Below, piece by piece: positions 1 through 11,077 of a stretch of DNA of 64,000 bases; the first letter of the stretch is position 1; each line of letters starts with the position of its first letter. The stretch lies in assembly GCA_013178005.1 (NCBI GenBank), contig JABLXL010000045.1, positions 4,438-68,437 on the forward strand, read 5' to 3'. The notes beneath the pieces were generated by a model that ran no database searches, was not told the origin of the DNA, and saw only the letters and a list, made by a program, of their open reading frames with translations. A program made the translations under genes and the position numbers. The stretch is from Actinomycetota bacterium. Lineage in GTDB: Bacteria > Actinomycetota > Geothermincolia > Geothermincolales > RBG-13-55-18.

Positions 1-977
1 AGCGCTTCAGGGAAGGCGCCCACCCGGAAGGTCTCCACTTCGCTCCCGCGCGCTGAAGCCATCACCACCGGGTGCCCGGCATGGACGGCGTAATGAGCAA
101 TGCTCGCGGCGACGCGAGCGCTGGAGTCGAGGACCTCGATGTCGCGCTCTCGATCGCCGCCCGCGCGGTTGTCCAACAGCAACACCAGGGGGGCTCCAAC
201 CTCGCGCTCGAACTCCCTCACCGCCAGCTCGCCGCGGCGCGCCGTGGTCCTCCAGTGCACGTGGCGCAGGGGGTCGCCGGCGCGATATTCGCGCACCCCG
301 TAAAACTCGGCTCCGTCGCCCTTGCTGGAGACCTCCTGGAGGGTCCGGTGGGGATGGAGGAAGGAGTCCACGAAGGGCAGGCTGCCCAGTTCCACGTAAC
401 GGGGCACCACGGTAAGGCTGGACGGGACACGCGCCTTTCCCGCGTGTCGCGCCAGGCCGATGATGCCCTCGGAGTAGAAGTACGCAGGCCAGTCACGGTA
501 GGCTCCGCGCCGCAGCCCCCCCCGCTGGTAGGTGATGGTCGCCGTCTCCCCGCTTCCGATGCGCGGGACGAGGAAGGCCGCCCTTCCTCCGCGCTCGAAC
601 GGGGAGTCGCCGCTTGGGGGGGAAGGGTCGCGGAGGTATTCCGTCAGGGTCTTGCGTGGCGCGCGCAGCCTCGGGGCCCTGGCGCTTTCCGGCGTTCGCG
701 GATCCTCGTCGATCACCTCCAGGAGGTGGCGCGATAAACGACCGTTGTTGCTAACCCTCAGGGTAACGCGCAGGACATCCCCCTCCGACGCTTCCGGAGC
801 GTGCGCTCGCTCCAGGGTCAATTTTCTCACCTGGAGCGCGGACGCCACCCAGGAGACGAGGAGGGAGGCCAGGAGCAAGCCTGCCAGCCAGAACATCCAG
901 CCCGACTGGGAATTCACCCCGATAAGCACCATGGAAAGAGAGAGGGCGGCCACCAGCAGGGAACGGGAAAACAGCAA
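1..977 (-). CDS. DUF58 domain-containing protein (3' end runs off the window start)
   Basis: Manual minus-strand translation from TTG at 977 (GGAGG RBS overlapping the moxR stop) gives an N-terminal hydrophobic segment and the DUF58 motif EFYGVREYRAGDPLRHVHWRTTARRGELAVREFE; lies directly downstream of moxR. Confidence 0.85.
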   Translation of the reverse strand, partial: MLFSRSLLVAALSLSMVLIGVNSQSGWMFWLAGLLLASLLVSWVASALQVRKLTLERAHAPEASEGDVLRVTLRVSNNGRLSRHLLEVIDEDPRTPESARAPRLRAPRKTLTEYLRDPSPPSGDSPFERGGRAAFLVPRIGSGETATITYQRGGLRRGAYRDWPAYFYSEGIIGLARHAGKARVPSSLTVVPRYVELGSLPFVDSFLHPHRTLQEVSSKGDGAEFYGVREYRAGDPLRHVHWRTTARRGELAVREFEREVGAPLVLLLDNRAGGDRERDIEVLDSSARVAASIAHYAVHAGHPVVMASARGSEVETFRVGAFPEA

Positions 978-986
978 GGCGACCTC

Positions 987-1940
987 CTAGACCACGGGAA
1001 CAGGGATGCGTCCCACAAGGCGGAGCACCGCCTCGCGCGCGCCTCCGGCACCCAGGGAACGCGAGGCGGGTATGACGCGGTGCGCGAGCACGGGCGGCGC
1101 CAGCGCCTTGACGTCATCGGGCACGACGAAATCCCTGCCGGCGAGGAAGGCGCGAGCTTGCGCCGCCCGCACCAGGAAAACGGAGCCGCGAGGGCTGGCT
1201 CCGAGCGCCAGCCCGTCATCCTCGCGCGTGGCCCTCACCAGGCTCACGGCGTAGGAGAGGACGTCGGGGTCCACGCGCACCGAGCGCACCGCGCGTTGCA
1301 GGCCGGCAAGCTCGTCCGCTCGCAGCACGGGCCGCAGGTTGGTCACCGGGTGCTCCTTGAGCTGATTGCCCACCACCAAGCGCTCCGTTTCCTCCGAGGG
1401 ATAGTCGAGGGTGATGCTCATGCAGAAGCGGTCGAGTTGGCCCTCGGGGAGTGGATAGGTGCCGTGGTATTCGACGGGGTTTTGGGTGGCGATGACGAAG
1501 AAGGGCCTGGGGAGCGGATAGGTGACCCCATCCACCGTGACCTGTCCCTCGTCCATGGCCTCCAGGAGGCTGGACTGCGCGCGCGGCGTGGCGCGGTTTA
1601 TCTCGTCCGCCAGCACCACGTTGGCGAAGATGGGCCCGGGATGGAACTCGAAATCCGCGGTTTTCTGGTTGTATACCGTGGTCCCGGTGATGTCGGAAGG
1701 CAGGAGGTCGGGCGTGAACTGTATGCGCCGGTAGGTGCCGGAAACACTGAGGGCGAGGGAGCGAGCGAGCATGGTCTTGCCCACTCCGGGGACGTCCTCA
1801 ATCAACAGGTGGCCGCCGCTCAAGAGGGCGATGACCGCCAACTCGACCTGGACGTCCTTTCCCATGATCACCCGACGCACGTTTTCCGCCAGCGCGGCGG
1901 CGCGCGACCCCGGGACTTCTTCCTCCGCGATGAGCGACAT
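987..1940 (-). CDS. moxR: MoxR-family AAA+ ATPase
   Basis: Walker [51 protein letters not shown]; ATG at 1940 follows GGAGG. Confidence 0.93.
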   Translation of the reverse strand: MSLIAEEEVPGSRAAALAENVRRVIMGKDVQVELAVIALLSGGHLLIEDVPGVGKTMLARSLALSVSGTYRRIQFTPDLLPSDITGTTVYNQKTADFEFHPGPIFANVVLADEINRATPRAQSSLLEAMDEGQVTVDGVTYPLPRPFFVIATQNPVEYHGTYPLPEGQLDRFCMSITLDYPSEETERLVVGNQLKEHPVTNLRPVLRADELAGLQRAVRSVRVDPDVLSYAVSLVRATREDDGLALGASPRGSVFLVRAAQARAFLAGRDFVVPDDVKALAPPVLAHRVIPASRSLGAGGAREAVLRLVGRIPVPVV

Positions 1941-2271
1941 CCGTCCTCCATGTCGATTCGGCAAGGGACCACAAATCTATATATCGAGCATATGGCGCCG
2001 CATGTTAACAGGCAACGACGTAGATCAAACCACATCTAAGGGCGGCTGAGACCCCTCCTTTCCGGCCAGAGGCCCCGAGGCGCCGGCATGGGGTAAAATC
2101 GGAACAAGGGGAGTCAGGGTCTCGGAGGGCGTGCCGCGGGCTCGGGAGCGACAAGGGACGGCCGCGAAAGACGCGCGGAGAGGGCGGCGCGTTCGGGGCT
2201 GCCCGGCATGGGAAGACGAGGTGTTTCCCTGGAATTCGGGTCCAGGCGCCCGCGTGCCAGGAAGGAAGATA

Positions 2272-3072
2272 ATGGAAGATTATGGATTAGGGCTGTATTT
2301 CCAGCGAGAAAGGCTGAATCCTACGCGCGTGGAGCCGCCGTTGGGTCCTGAGGACGCGCTGGTGGAGATAGCCGGCCGGGACAGCGTTGCCGCGGCGGTC
2401 GCGCTTGCGCGGGAGGGGCGCCTGCGCAGGGCGCTGCCGGTGATCTCCTATACCGGCACGGAATTCGGCGACATGACCTTGCTCCGGCGGGCAGCGGAAC
2501 GGCTGCGCGAGGCGCTGGAGCCATATGTCGTCGAGGTGATGGAGGCCGCGGTGACGGGATCGCCCCTGTGGTGGAGGGCTACCGTGGGTCGCCCCAACGC
2601 GGTGTTGTCCCGGCGGTATGGTCCCTGGCACATATGCGTGGGCTGCCATATGTACCTGCACGCATGCCGCGCTCCTTTCGCCTGGAGCGCGGGGGCGTCG
2701 CGCCTGGTGGCGGGGGAGAGGTTAAGGCATGGGGGCAAGGTGAAGGTCAACCAGACCGTGGAGGCGGTGGGAGCATACCGCCGCGTCCTGGAAGCGTTCG
2801 GAATAAGGCTGGAGATGCCGTTGCTGGACCTGGACAATGAAGAGGAGATAACTTCGCTGGCGGGATCCTGGCGAGAGGGGGAGGAACAGCCGGAGTGCGT
2901 GCTGGCCGGGAATTACCGCCTGATGGATGGAAGCGCGGACTACGACGCCGTTGCCCTAGAGGCCTATATCGAGGATTACCTGGTGCCTGTCACCACGCGC
3001 ATCCTCTGCGACTTAAGGGACGGGGTAGCGGTGGACTATGAATTGGCGGTGAGGGAGGCGCTCTCAGGTTGA
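2272..3072 (+). CDS. Adenine-nucleotide alpha-hydrolase (PP-loop) superfamily protein, ThiI/TtcA-like catalytic domain
   Basis: Degenerate PP-loop EIAGRDS, CVGC motif, LVAGERL...NQT segment resembling ThiI VTGESLGQ..SQT; ATG at 2272 after GGAAG. Confidence 0.5.
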   Translation: MEDYGLGLYFQRERLNPTRVEPPLGPEDALVEIAGRDSVAAAVALAREGRLRRALPVISYTGTEFGDMTLLRRAAERLREALEPYVVEVMEAAVTGSPLWWRATVGRPNAVLSRRYGPWHICVGCHMYLHACRAPFAWSAGASRLVAGERLRHGGKVKVNQTVEAVGAYRRVLEAFGIRLEMPLLDLDNEEEITSLAGSWREGEEQPECVLAGNYRLMDGSADYDAVALEAYIEDYLVPVTTRILCDLRDGVAVDYELAVREALSG

Positions 3073-3301
3073 GGATTAAGGGGCATCGGGCGAGCGGTAT
3101 AGTAAAACGCGGTTGCGGCGAGGGGGAGCGACGAGCGCAGCGGTCGCGATCGGGAGAGCGGAGAAAGGCCTCCAAATCGCTGACGGGAGCGCCGCCCTCG
3201 GCGCGCGGCGGGCTGGGACGAATCGCTGAACCTTGGGGCGGTACGCTCCGGAATGCGCCGGCCCTGCCCGAGCTCGCGGGATGTGGACGGCGGGGGATAA
3301 C

Positions 3302-4519
3302 ATGAAAGCGCTGTTCCTGGTGTTGGACGGGCTGGCGGACGTCTCTCATCCGGGGCTGGGGTGGAAGACCCCCCTGCAGGCCGCCCACACCCCCTGCCTG
3401 GACCGGTTGGCGAGCGAAGGCTGCTGCGCCCTGGTGTACCCCCTGCGGCCGGGCATCTGCCCTTCCAGCGAGGTCGCGCACTGGGCGATGTTCGGATACG
3501 CGCCGGAGGAATTTCCCGGGCGGGCGTACTTCCACGCCGTGGCGGAAGGCGTCCCCCTCGACGCCGGCGATGCCCTCTACATGTTCAACCTGGTCAGGGT
3601 GGAAAGGCGCGGCGGCGGAACCTACGTGCTGGACGGAGACGAGGCTTCCCTGGCGGAGATCTGCGGCTCCTTGGCGGATGAACTGCGCGGCGCCGCTCCC
3701 CCGGGCGTCGAGCTATATTACATGGGAGGCATAGAGTTCATAGCGGTGGTGAGGGGAGGGTCTCCACACGTCGCGCCCACCGATCCCTTCATCCACACCT
3801 TTGCGGTGGAGGAGCTCCGGGCCGCCTCCGGCTGGGAGGAGGACGCGAAAACGGCGAGGACCCTGTCGCTGCTCCGGGAGTTCATGGAAGAGGCGGAGGC
3901 GCGTGTGCGGTTATGTGGGGAAGGGCGCGACGGCGACCTCGGGCTTATCCAGAAATGGCCCTCGCAGGCAAGGGAGGTCGAGCCTTTCGAGTCGCGGCAC
4001 GGCATGAGGGCGGCGGGGGTGGTCTCCACCCCCTGTTTCGCGGGCATGTGCAAGGCGCTATCCATGCGGGTCGCGAGGCTTGGGAAGACCGAAGCGGGAG
4101 AGGACCTCGAGGCCAAGCTCGTGGCGGCGGAGGAGATGCTCCAGGGCGATTCCGAGTTCGTGTTCGTGCACACCAAGCACGCCGACGAGGCGGCTCACCG
4201 GGGCGACCCGTTGGCGAAGGCGGAGGTGATCGAGTCCATGGACAGGGCCCTTGCCTCCGCGGGCCGTCTCTGGGAAGACCCCGGCCTGGTCGCGGTGGTG
4301 ACCGTGGACCACTCCACGCCAACCACGCGCGACGTCAGGGTGATCCATGGCGGGGACCCGGTTCCCGCGCTCTTCCATGGCGCTACGCTCAGGAGGGACG
4401 CGCTGGATCGCTTCGACGAGGTTGCGGCGGCATCGGGGGGAATGGGCCAGCTGAGGGGGGCCGACATCATGCCCATGATCCTCTACCTTTCCCGCAGGGC
4501 GCGGTTCTTCACCGGCTGA
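3302..4519 (+). CDS. apgM: Cofactor-independent phosphoglycerate mutase (ApgM/alkaline phosphatase superfamily)
   Basis: LVLDGLAD, KTPLQAAHTP, PSSEVAH, HTKHADEAAHRGD, VTVDHST, HGGDPVP metal-binding motifs. Confidence 0.8.
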   Translation: MKALFLVLDGLADVSHPGLGWKTPLQAAHTPCLDRLASEGCCALVYPLRPGICPSSEVAHWAMFGYAPEEFPGRAYFHAVAEGVPLDAGDALYMFNLVRVERRGGGTYVLDGDEASLAEICGSLADELRGAAPPGVELYYMGGIEFIAVVRGGSPHVAPTDPFIHTFAVEELRAASGWEEDAKTARTLSLLREFMEEAEARVRLCGEGRDGDLGLIQKWPSQAREVEPFESRHGMRAAGVVSTPCFAGMCKALSMRVARLGKTEAGEDLEAKLVAAEEMLQGDSEFVFVHTKHADEAAHRGDPLAKAEVIESMDRALASAGRLWEDPGLVAVVTVDHSTPTTRDVRVIHGGDPVPALFHGATLRRDALDRFDEVAAASGGMGQLRGADIMPMILYLSRRARFFTG

Positions 4520-4750
4520 GGAGCCACATCTCTGCCGCTGGGCGCATATTGGGCAACGGAAGGGGCCGTAAAAGCGCGGTCCTTCTCCGTCCGGGGACGG
4601 CAACCGCAAGGGAGCTCTTTGTCGAGGGGCGCAGGCAGTCCGTTGGAAATGCGATCCTATACGGCCTGTTATGCTGTGATCGCCAGCTTTCTGCCTACGC
4701 CGTCGCGAATCTTCTCAGAGTTTCCGCCTCCACTCCAGGAAAAAGAACCA

Positions 4751-6628
4751 ATCGACATAGGTAGGCCCTCGCGGGCTGTCCCTGTCACACCACCGTGCGT
4801 ACGGGTCCGTACACGGCGGTTCGGCAAGGTTAAGCGGAGCAGCGGGCCTCCAAGGTGATGAGTCCGAGTTCGGAGAGAAGGCATTCGGGAAGGCGAAGCT
4901 TAACGCGGGGCTGCGGCTGATGCGCCAGGGGCCATGGACGCTGCCGGCGGTCTTGGCCGCAAGGCCCCTGCTGATATCCCTGGCCCTGAGTTCCGCGTAT
5001 CGTCTCTTGCCCCGCTTGAGCTGCTTCCAGATGAAGCACCGCAGTCTGCGCCTGATCCAGGAGTCGAGGTCGCGGAGGACCGACGGGGTCTGGCAGAAGC
5101 CGAAGTAGCCTATCCAGCCCCGCAGGTAGGTATTAAGGTCGGCCACCACCCGCTCCAGGGGTACCCCCCGGGTCCGGCGGGTGATCTCCTTTATCCGCCG
5201 GCGCAGGCGTTTGCGGGCCTTGGGCGATATGCTCCGCTTGGTCTTCTCCCTCCCGACGATGCGGAAGGAGAGAAAGTCCCGCTCGTGCGCCGGGGCCACC
5301 GCGCTCTTATCCCCGTTCACCCGGAGCTTGAGTCTCTTTGCGAGGAAGTGGGTGATTCCCTCCATGACTCTCCTGCCCGCCCGCTCCGATGCCACGTAGA
5401 TGTTGCAGTCATCGGCATAGCGGACGAAGGCGTGTCCCCTCCTCTCCAGCTCGCGGTCCAGGTCATCCAGGTAGATGTTGGAGAGCAGCGGGGAGAGGGG
5501 TCCTCCCTGCGGGGTGCCCATCTCGGGCGGGGATACGAGCCCTCCCTCCATCACCCCGGCCTTGAGGTAGGCCCGGATGAGTTTCAGGAGCACCTTGTCG
5601 TCTATCCTGCGGGCCACCCTGGCCATGAGCGCGTCGTGGCAGACGTTGTCGAAGAAGCGCTCGATGTCCAGGTCCACCACCCAGCTCTTCCCCTCTTCCA
5701 CATAGGACTGGGCCTTGGCTACAGCCTGGTGGGCCGAGCGGTGAGGCCGGAAGCCGTAGCTCCCCTCCGAGAGGTGGGGGTCGAATACGGGGGTTAGGAC
5801 TTGCAGGATGGCCTGCTGGATGAGGCGGTCGGCCACGGTGGGGATGCCTAGGTACCTATGGCCTCCGTCCGGCTTGGGTATGCCTACCCGCCTCACCGGC
5901 TGGGGCCGGTAGGTGCCTGTGAGCAGCTCCTCCCTTATCTCCTGCCAGCTCTGGCTGAGGAAGAGGGGCAGCTCGGCGGTGGTCATCCCATCCACCCCTG
6001 GGGCTCCCGCGTTCTCCATGACCTTCTTCAGTGCCTTCTTCATGTTCTCCGGGCTTACCACCACCTCCATGAGTCCCGTTGCCTTTGCCGGGCGTTCGGG
6101 GCTGCGCTCCGCCGCGGGCGGTTCGTTCCCTTCCAGCGAGGGGTTGCGGGCTTCACCCTCCCCCGTCTCGCCGAAGGCCAGTTGTCCCTGGTCTTTCCGC
6201 CGCTTGCCGTCCCGCGAGTCACGCATCCTACTTGCCACTCCTTGCCGTTCGGCCCTTCGGTGGACGAAAAGTCCTCCTACTATGGCCTCTGCTGACTCCT
6301 GCGCCGCGGTCAGGGTCCCTCACGGTTCCCTCAGTCCCCTTGGGGGGACACGGCGCAGGCCTCCCGGGGTAAGACCGGCCGCCTTCCCCGCACACCCGCC
6401 GGATTTACGCCCGTGGCCCTTGACGGATATGGACTTCGCGATCTCTTGCTCGCTCGTCCGGCCACGCTCGCCTCGTATCCGGTTCCTGTTCGTCGGGTCG
6501 CGGTTTTGCTCCTGCGCTTCCTTCAGACTCAACCTCGCGATTGAGCCCTTGCGCTTCGCTAGTCCTTCACCTCCGTCAGGTTGGACAGGGGACTTTCACC
6601 CCCGAGCTGCCGGCCATGCCCGGCACAC
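4751..6628 (-). mobile_element. Group II intron, class C (IIC)
   Basis: 5' end GTGTG at 6628; domain V GAACCGCCGTGTACGGACCCGTACGCACGGTGG from 4822 with CGC triad; domain VI ending ...TGTCGAT at 4751; internal RT ORF; inserted 8 nt after a terminator stem. Confidence 0.92.
4830..6226 (-). CDS. ltrA: Group II intron reverse transcriptase/maturase, no endonuclease domain; apparent 1-nt deletion near 4876
   Basis: [50 protein letters not shown]; the alternative frame ([13 protein letters not shown]) stops at 4830, just before domain V. Confidence 0.9.
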
Positions 6629-6653
6629 AAAAAGAAGGCACCTCGCGGGTGCC
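6629..6653 (-). terminator. Intrinsic terminator, target of the IIC intron
   Basis: GGCACC-CGCGA-GGTGCC stem-loop followed by TTCTTTTT on the minus strand; the U-rich tract continues (TGGTTCTTTT) after the intron 3' end. Confidence 0.8.
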
Positions 6654-6905
6654 ATCCCTTTTCTCCCGGAACCCGCCGGTATCCGTCCCGGGAGCATCCG
6701 GCCTGTCCCCAATCGCGACCTGGCGCGTTACCCCGGTTGATATTTACCCTCAAGGCGAAACCGTTAAACCTCCCATGTCCCGCAGGAGGCACAACGGCTT
6801 TACCGCCCGGGGGCAATGGCCAACCTGTCCCTCGATAAGCTAATTTTTATTGCAGGATGGCGCGCGAACGCGCACCGCGTCGGGTCCGCGGCCTCGAGTC
6901 GGGAT
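6629..6905 (-). ncRNA. Candidate unannotated structured RNA (strand inferred from the terminator)
   Basis: Nested complementary segments centred near 6779 (CCTCC/GGAGG, CCGTT/AACGG, GGCG/CGCC, GGTTG/CAACC, CCTG/CAGG); ends in a terminator with no credible upstream CDS. Confidence 0.3.
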
Positions 6906-6923
6906 TGCGAAGGGGGTGAGAGG

Positions 6924-7697
6924 ATGCGTGAAAGGGCCCTTCTGCTCGATGTGGAGGGGATAACTCTCAGGGGAACGGTGGCCATGCCGGACAGCGACGG
7001 CGTCTGGCCGCTGGTGATACTCTGCCACGGCATACCCAGCGGGGAGCCCGTGCCGGGAGACCCGGGTTATCCCGCCCTGGCGGAGAGGTTCGTGGCGGCC
7101 GGATGCGCGGCGGCTTATTTCAACTTCCGTGGAACCGGCCTTTCCGGGGGCAATTTCTCCCTCGGCGGCTGGGCGTCGGACCTGGAGGCGCTGCTCGACG
7201 AGGCGGGCGCGTCTCGAGGGCCCTTTCGGGATTGCGATGCGGGGCGCATCGCCCTTGTGGGATTCAGCGGCGGAGGCGCGGTATGCATCTTCTGCGCCGC
7301 GCGCCGCGCCGGGATCGCGGGGCTGGCAGCCATCTCCTCGCCCGCCGACTTCTCCCGACTTCTCCCTCGTGAGGGAATGGCGGATTTTATCGCCCACGCG
7401 CGGGAGATAGGCATCATACGAGATCCCGGTTTCCCAGAGAGCGAGGAGGCCTACTACCGGGAGATGCTGGCCCACAACCCCGGCGAGGTGGTGGGAGAAG
7501 TGTCGCCGACCCCGCTGCTGATAGTGCATGGAGACGCCGACGATACGGTTCCGGTCGAGGAGGTATACCGGCTTTTCGAGGCCGCGAAAGAGCCCAAGGA
7601 GCTGTTCATAGTGGAGGGCGGGGGACACAAGCTGAGGCTCAACCAGGCGGCCATGGACAAGGCGGTGTCCTGGGTCCTGGAGCGCCTCTCGCGCTGA
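6924..7697 (+). CDS. Alpha/beta hydrolase
   Basis: LCHG oxyanion segment, nucleophile elbow GFSGGG, VHGDADDTV, GGGH. Confidence 0.85.
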   Translation: MRERALLLDVEGITLRGTVAMPDSDGVWPLVILCHGIPSGEPVPGDPGYPALAERFVAAGCAAAYFNFRGTGLSGGNFSLGGWASDLEALLDEAGASRGPFRDCDAGRIALVGFSGGGAVCIFCAARRAGIAGLAAISSPADFSRLLPREGMADFIAHAREIGIIRDPGFPESEEAYYREMLAHNPGEVVGEVSPTPLLIVHGDADDTVPVEEVYRLFEAAKEPKELFIVEGGGHKLRLNQAAMDKAVSWVLERLSR

Positions 7698-7699
7698 GG

Positions 7700-9385
7700 T
7701 CACATCCTCTCGGGGGCCGACACGCCCAGCAGCGACAGGCCGTTCCTCAGCACCTGCAGCACACAGCGGCTGAGGAACAGACGGGCGGAGGTAAGTTCCG
7801 CGTCGTCGCTGATCACGCGGTGGCGGTTGTAGAAAACATGGAAGGCGGCCGCCAGCTCCTCGAGGTAGCGGGTCAGGCGATGGGGAGCCCGCGCCAGGGC
7901 CGCGTCGCGGACCAATTCCTCGAACTCGAAAAGCTTCATGGCCAGGTCCCACTCCTCCTCCGACTCCAGCAGGCGCAGGGTGTCCAGGGACGGGGCACCC
8001 TCCTTGAGCTCGACGCCGCGGCCCTCGCCGTAACGCAGGATGCTGCAAATGCGTGCGTGGGCGTACTGCACGTAATAGACCGGGTTTTCCATGCTCTGTT
8101 CCACCGCGAGCTGGATGTCGAAGTCCAGGGCGGTATCCTGGCTTCGGGTCAGGAAAAGGTACCGCGCCGCATCCCTGCCAACCTCTTCCAGCAGCTCGTC
8201 GAAGGTCACCATCTCCCCCGTGCGCTTGGACATGCGCACCGGCTCGCCGCCGCGCTTGAGGTTCACGAGCTGGCCGAGGATCACCTCCAGGCGGTCGGGG
8301 TATCCGTTAGCCTCCATGGCGGCCTGCATGCGGCGCACGTACCCGTGGTGGTCGGCTCCCCAGATGTTGATGAGGTGGTCAAAGCCCCTCTCCATCTTGT
8401 TCAAGTGGTAGGCGATGTCCGCGGCGAAGTAGGTCGGCGCCCCATTGCTGCGCAAAAGGACGCGGTCCTTGTCGTCGCCGAATCGCGAGGTGGCCATCCA
8501 AACCGCGCCGTCATGTTCGTAGGCCAACCCCCTCTCGAGGAGGTCGTCTATCACCTTGCGCACCGTGCCGTCGCGCTGCAGTTCCCTCTCGCTGAACCAG
8601 ACGTCGAATCGCACCCCGAAGGCCTCCATGCTTCTCCGGATATGCGAGAGGGCGATGCCGTAAGCCCTCTCGCCCAGCTTCGCGCGGCGGACCTCGGCTG
8701 GCTCGTCGGCGAGGGAGCCCCCGTCCTCGTCCATGATCTCCCTCGCGATGTCCACCACGTAGGATCCCTGGTATCCGTCGGGCGGGAACTCGCAAGGCCG
8801 GCCGGCGAGCTCGAGATATCGCGCCTCCACCGAGGCGGCGAAGACCTCCATCTGGGTGCCGTAGTCGTTGAGGTAGAATTCGCGGCTCACCTCGTAGCCC
8901 ACCGCCTCGAGCAGGTTGCACAGGGCGTCGCCCAGGGCCGCCCACCGGCCGTGCCCCACGTGCAGGGGGCCCACGGGGTTCGCGGACACGAACTCCACGT
9001 TTATGCGCCTGGCCGCCCCGAGGTCCCAGCGGCCGTAAGCTTCCCCCTCGCTCGCAACTCGCGCCAATTCGTGGAACACGCGGTCGCGGTCGAGGGAGAG
9101 GTTGATGAACCCGGGGCCCGCCACCTCCACCTCGCGCAGGACGGACCCGGCGGGCGGGCAGGCTTTTTTCACCAGGTGGCGCGCGAGGATCTCGGCCAGC
9201 TCCCTCGGCTTACGGCCCGTGGTGCCGGAAAGGACCATGGCCGCATTGGTTGCCCAGTCTCCGTGGGCCTTGTGGCGGGGACGCTCCAGGACGAAATCCG
9301 GCGCCCCCGATGTGGGAATCTCGCCGCTCCGTGTTGCCTCCTCGATGGCGTCGGATATCAGCCCGCGCAGCTCCCTGGCGATCAA
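7700..9385 (-). CDS. argS: Arginine--tRNA ligase
   Basis: HGDWATN, EFVSANPVGPLHVGHGR (HIGH), YFAADIAYH, WGADHHGY, MSKRTG, YYVQYAHAR; TTG start after GGGAGG. Confidence 0.97.
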   Translation of the reverse strand: MIARELRGLISDAIEEATRSGEIPTSGAPDFVLERPRHKAHGDWATNAAMVLSGTTGRKPRELAEILARHLVKKACPPAGSVLREVEVAGPGFINLSLDRDRVFHELARVASEGEAYGRWDLGAARRINVEFVSANPVGPLHVGHGRWAALGDALCNLLEAVGYEVSREFYLNDYGTQMEVFAASVEARYLELAGRPCEFPPDGYQGSYVVDIAREIMDEDGGSLADEPAEVRRAKLGERAYGIALSHIRRSMEAFGVRFDVWFSERELQRDGTVRKVIDDLLERGLAYEHDGAVWMATSRFGDDKDRVLLRSNGAPTYFAADIAYHLNKMERGFDHLINIWGADHHGYVRRMQAAMEANGYPDRLEVILGQLVNLKRGGEPVRMSKRTGEMVTFDELLEEVGRDAARYLFLTRSQDTALDFDIQLAVEQSMENPVYYVQYAHARICSILRYGEGRGVELKEGAPSLDTLRLLESEEEWDLAMKLFEFEELVRDAALARAPHRLTRYLEELAAAFHVFYNRHRVISDDAELTSARLFLSRCVLQVLRNGLSLLGVSAPERM

Positions 9386-9577
9386 GAGAGTCCTCCCGTT
9401 TCCCTTGAGCTTGCTCGACGATGACGACGTCGCCGGCGGTCGTCTCCGGCAACCTCCGGGGGTAATTTTACACGAAAGGCAGCCGGAGACCCCAGGGCAG
9501 GGAGGAGAGAGGCCGCCACCGCCCCTTCCCCGCATCGGCGGCAGCCCCGGGGGCTTAAGGGGCGAGGAGGAGAGAGC

Positions 9578-10768
<1,191 letters not shown>

Positions 10769-10785
10769 CTCTGTGCTCTTTCAGG

Positions 10786-11077
10786 AAACGGCTTCACCAT
10801 CTTTAGAGTCTCATTGCTCCCGTTCGAGGCGTTGGGCGTTACCGAAAACCAGTATCTCCCAACCCCGGGAGGTCTCGACTTCGTCCACGGGTTGACATAA
10901 TCCCAATGGTGTCGGCACATTCAAGCCATCGCCCCCACCGAAGAAAGAGGCCTACTTCGTTCATCGCCATTACCCCTGTGCCCTTACAACAAGCGGTTTT
11001 ACCATCTCCAAAGCATCTCCGATGCCCCGCGAAGGGCGGGGCGCGACCGAAAACCAGTGTCGCCCAACCGGGGGAAG
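10786..11077. repeat. Diverged direct repeat, two ~87-bp copies with period 205 (10786-10872 and 10991-11077)
   Basis: Ungapped manual alignment 60/87 identical; shared ACCGAAAACCAGT core and ACCATCT block 45 nt apart in both copies. Confidence 0.8.

Noticed and set aside
4715-4829. C-terminal extension of the intron RT in the ORF track
   Set aside because: It translates intron domains V and VI and the 3' exon; explained by the upstream 1-nt deletion.
6640-6665. T-box-like string AAAAGGGATGGCACCCGCG on the minus strand
   Set aside because: It deviates from the UGGNACCGCG consensus, no synthetase gene lies downstream, and it is better explained as the terminator stem.
6790-6840. Partial resemblance to FMN (GGCGGTAAAGCC) or SAM-I (CTTATCGAG) riboswitch starts
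   Set aside because: The remaining conserved blocks are absent and there is no downstream gene in that orientation.
9386-9577. T-box leader for argS
   Set aside because: No T-box or antiterminator motif; only a TG-TAAAAT extended -10-like site close to the start.
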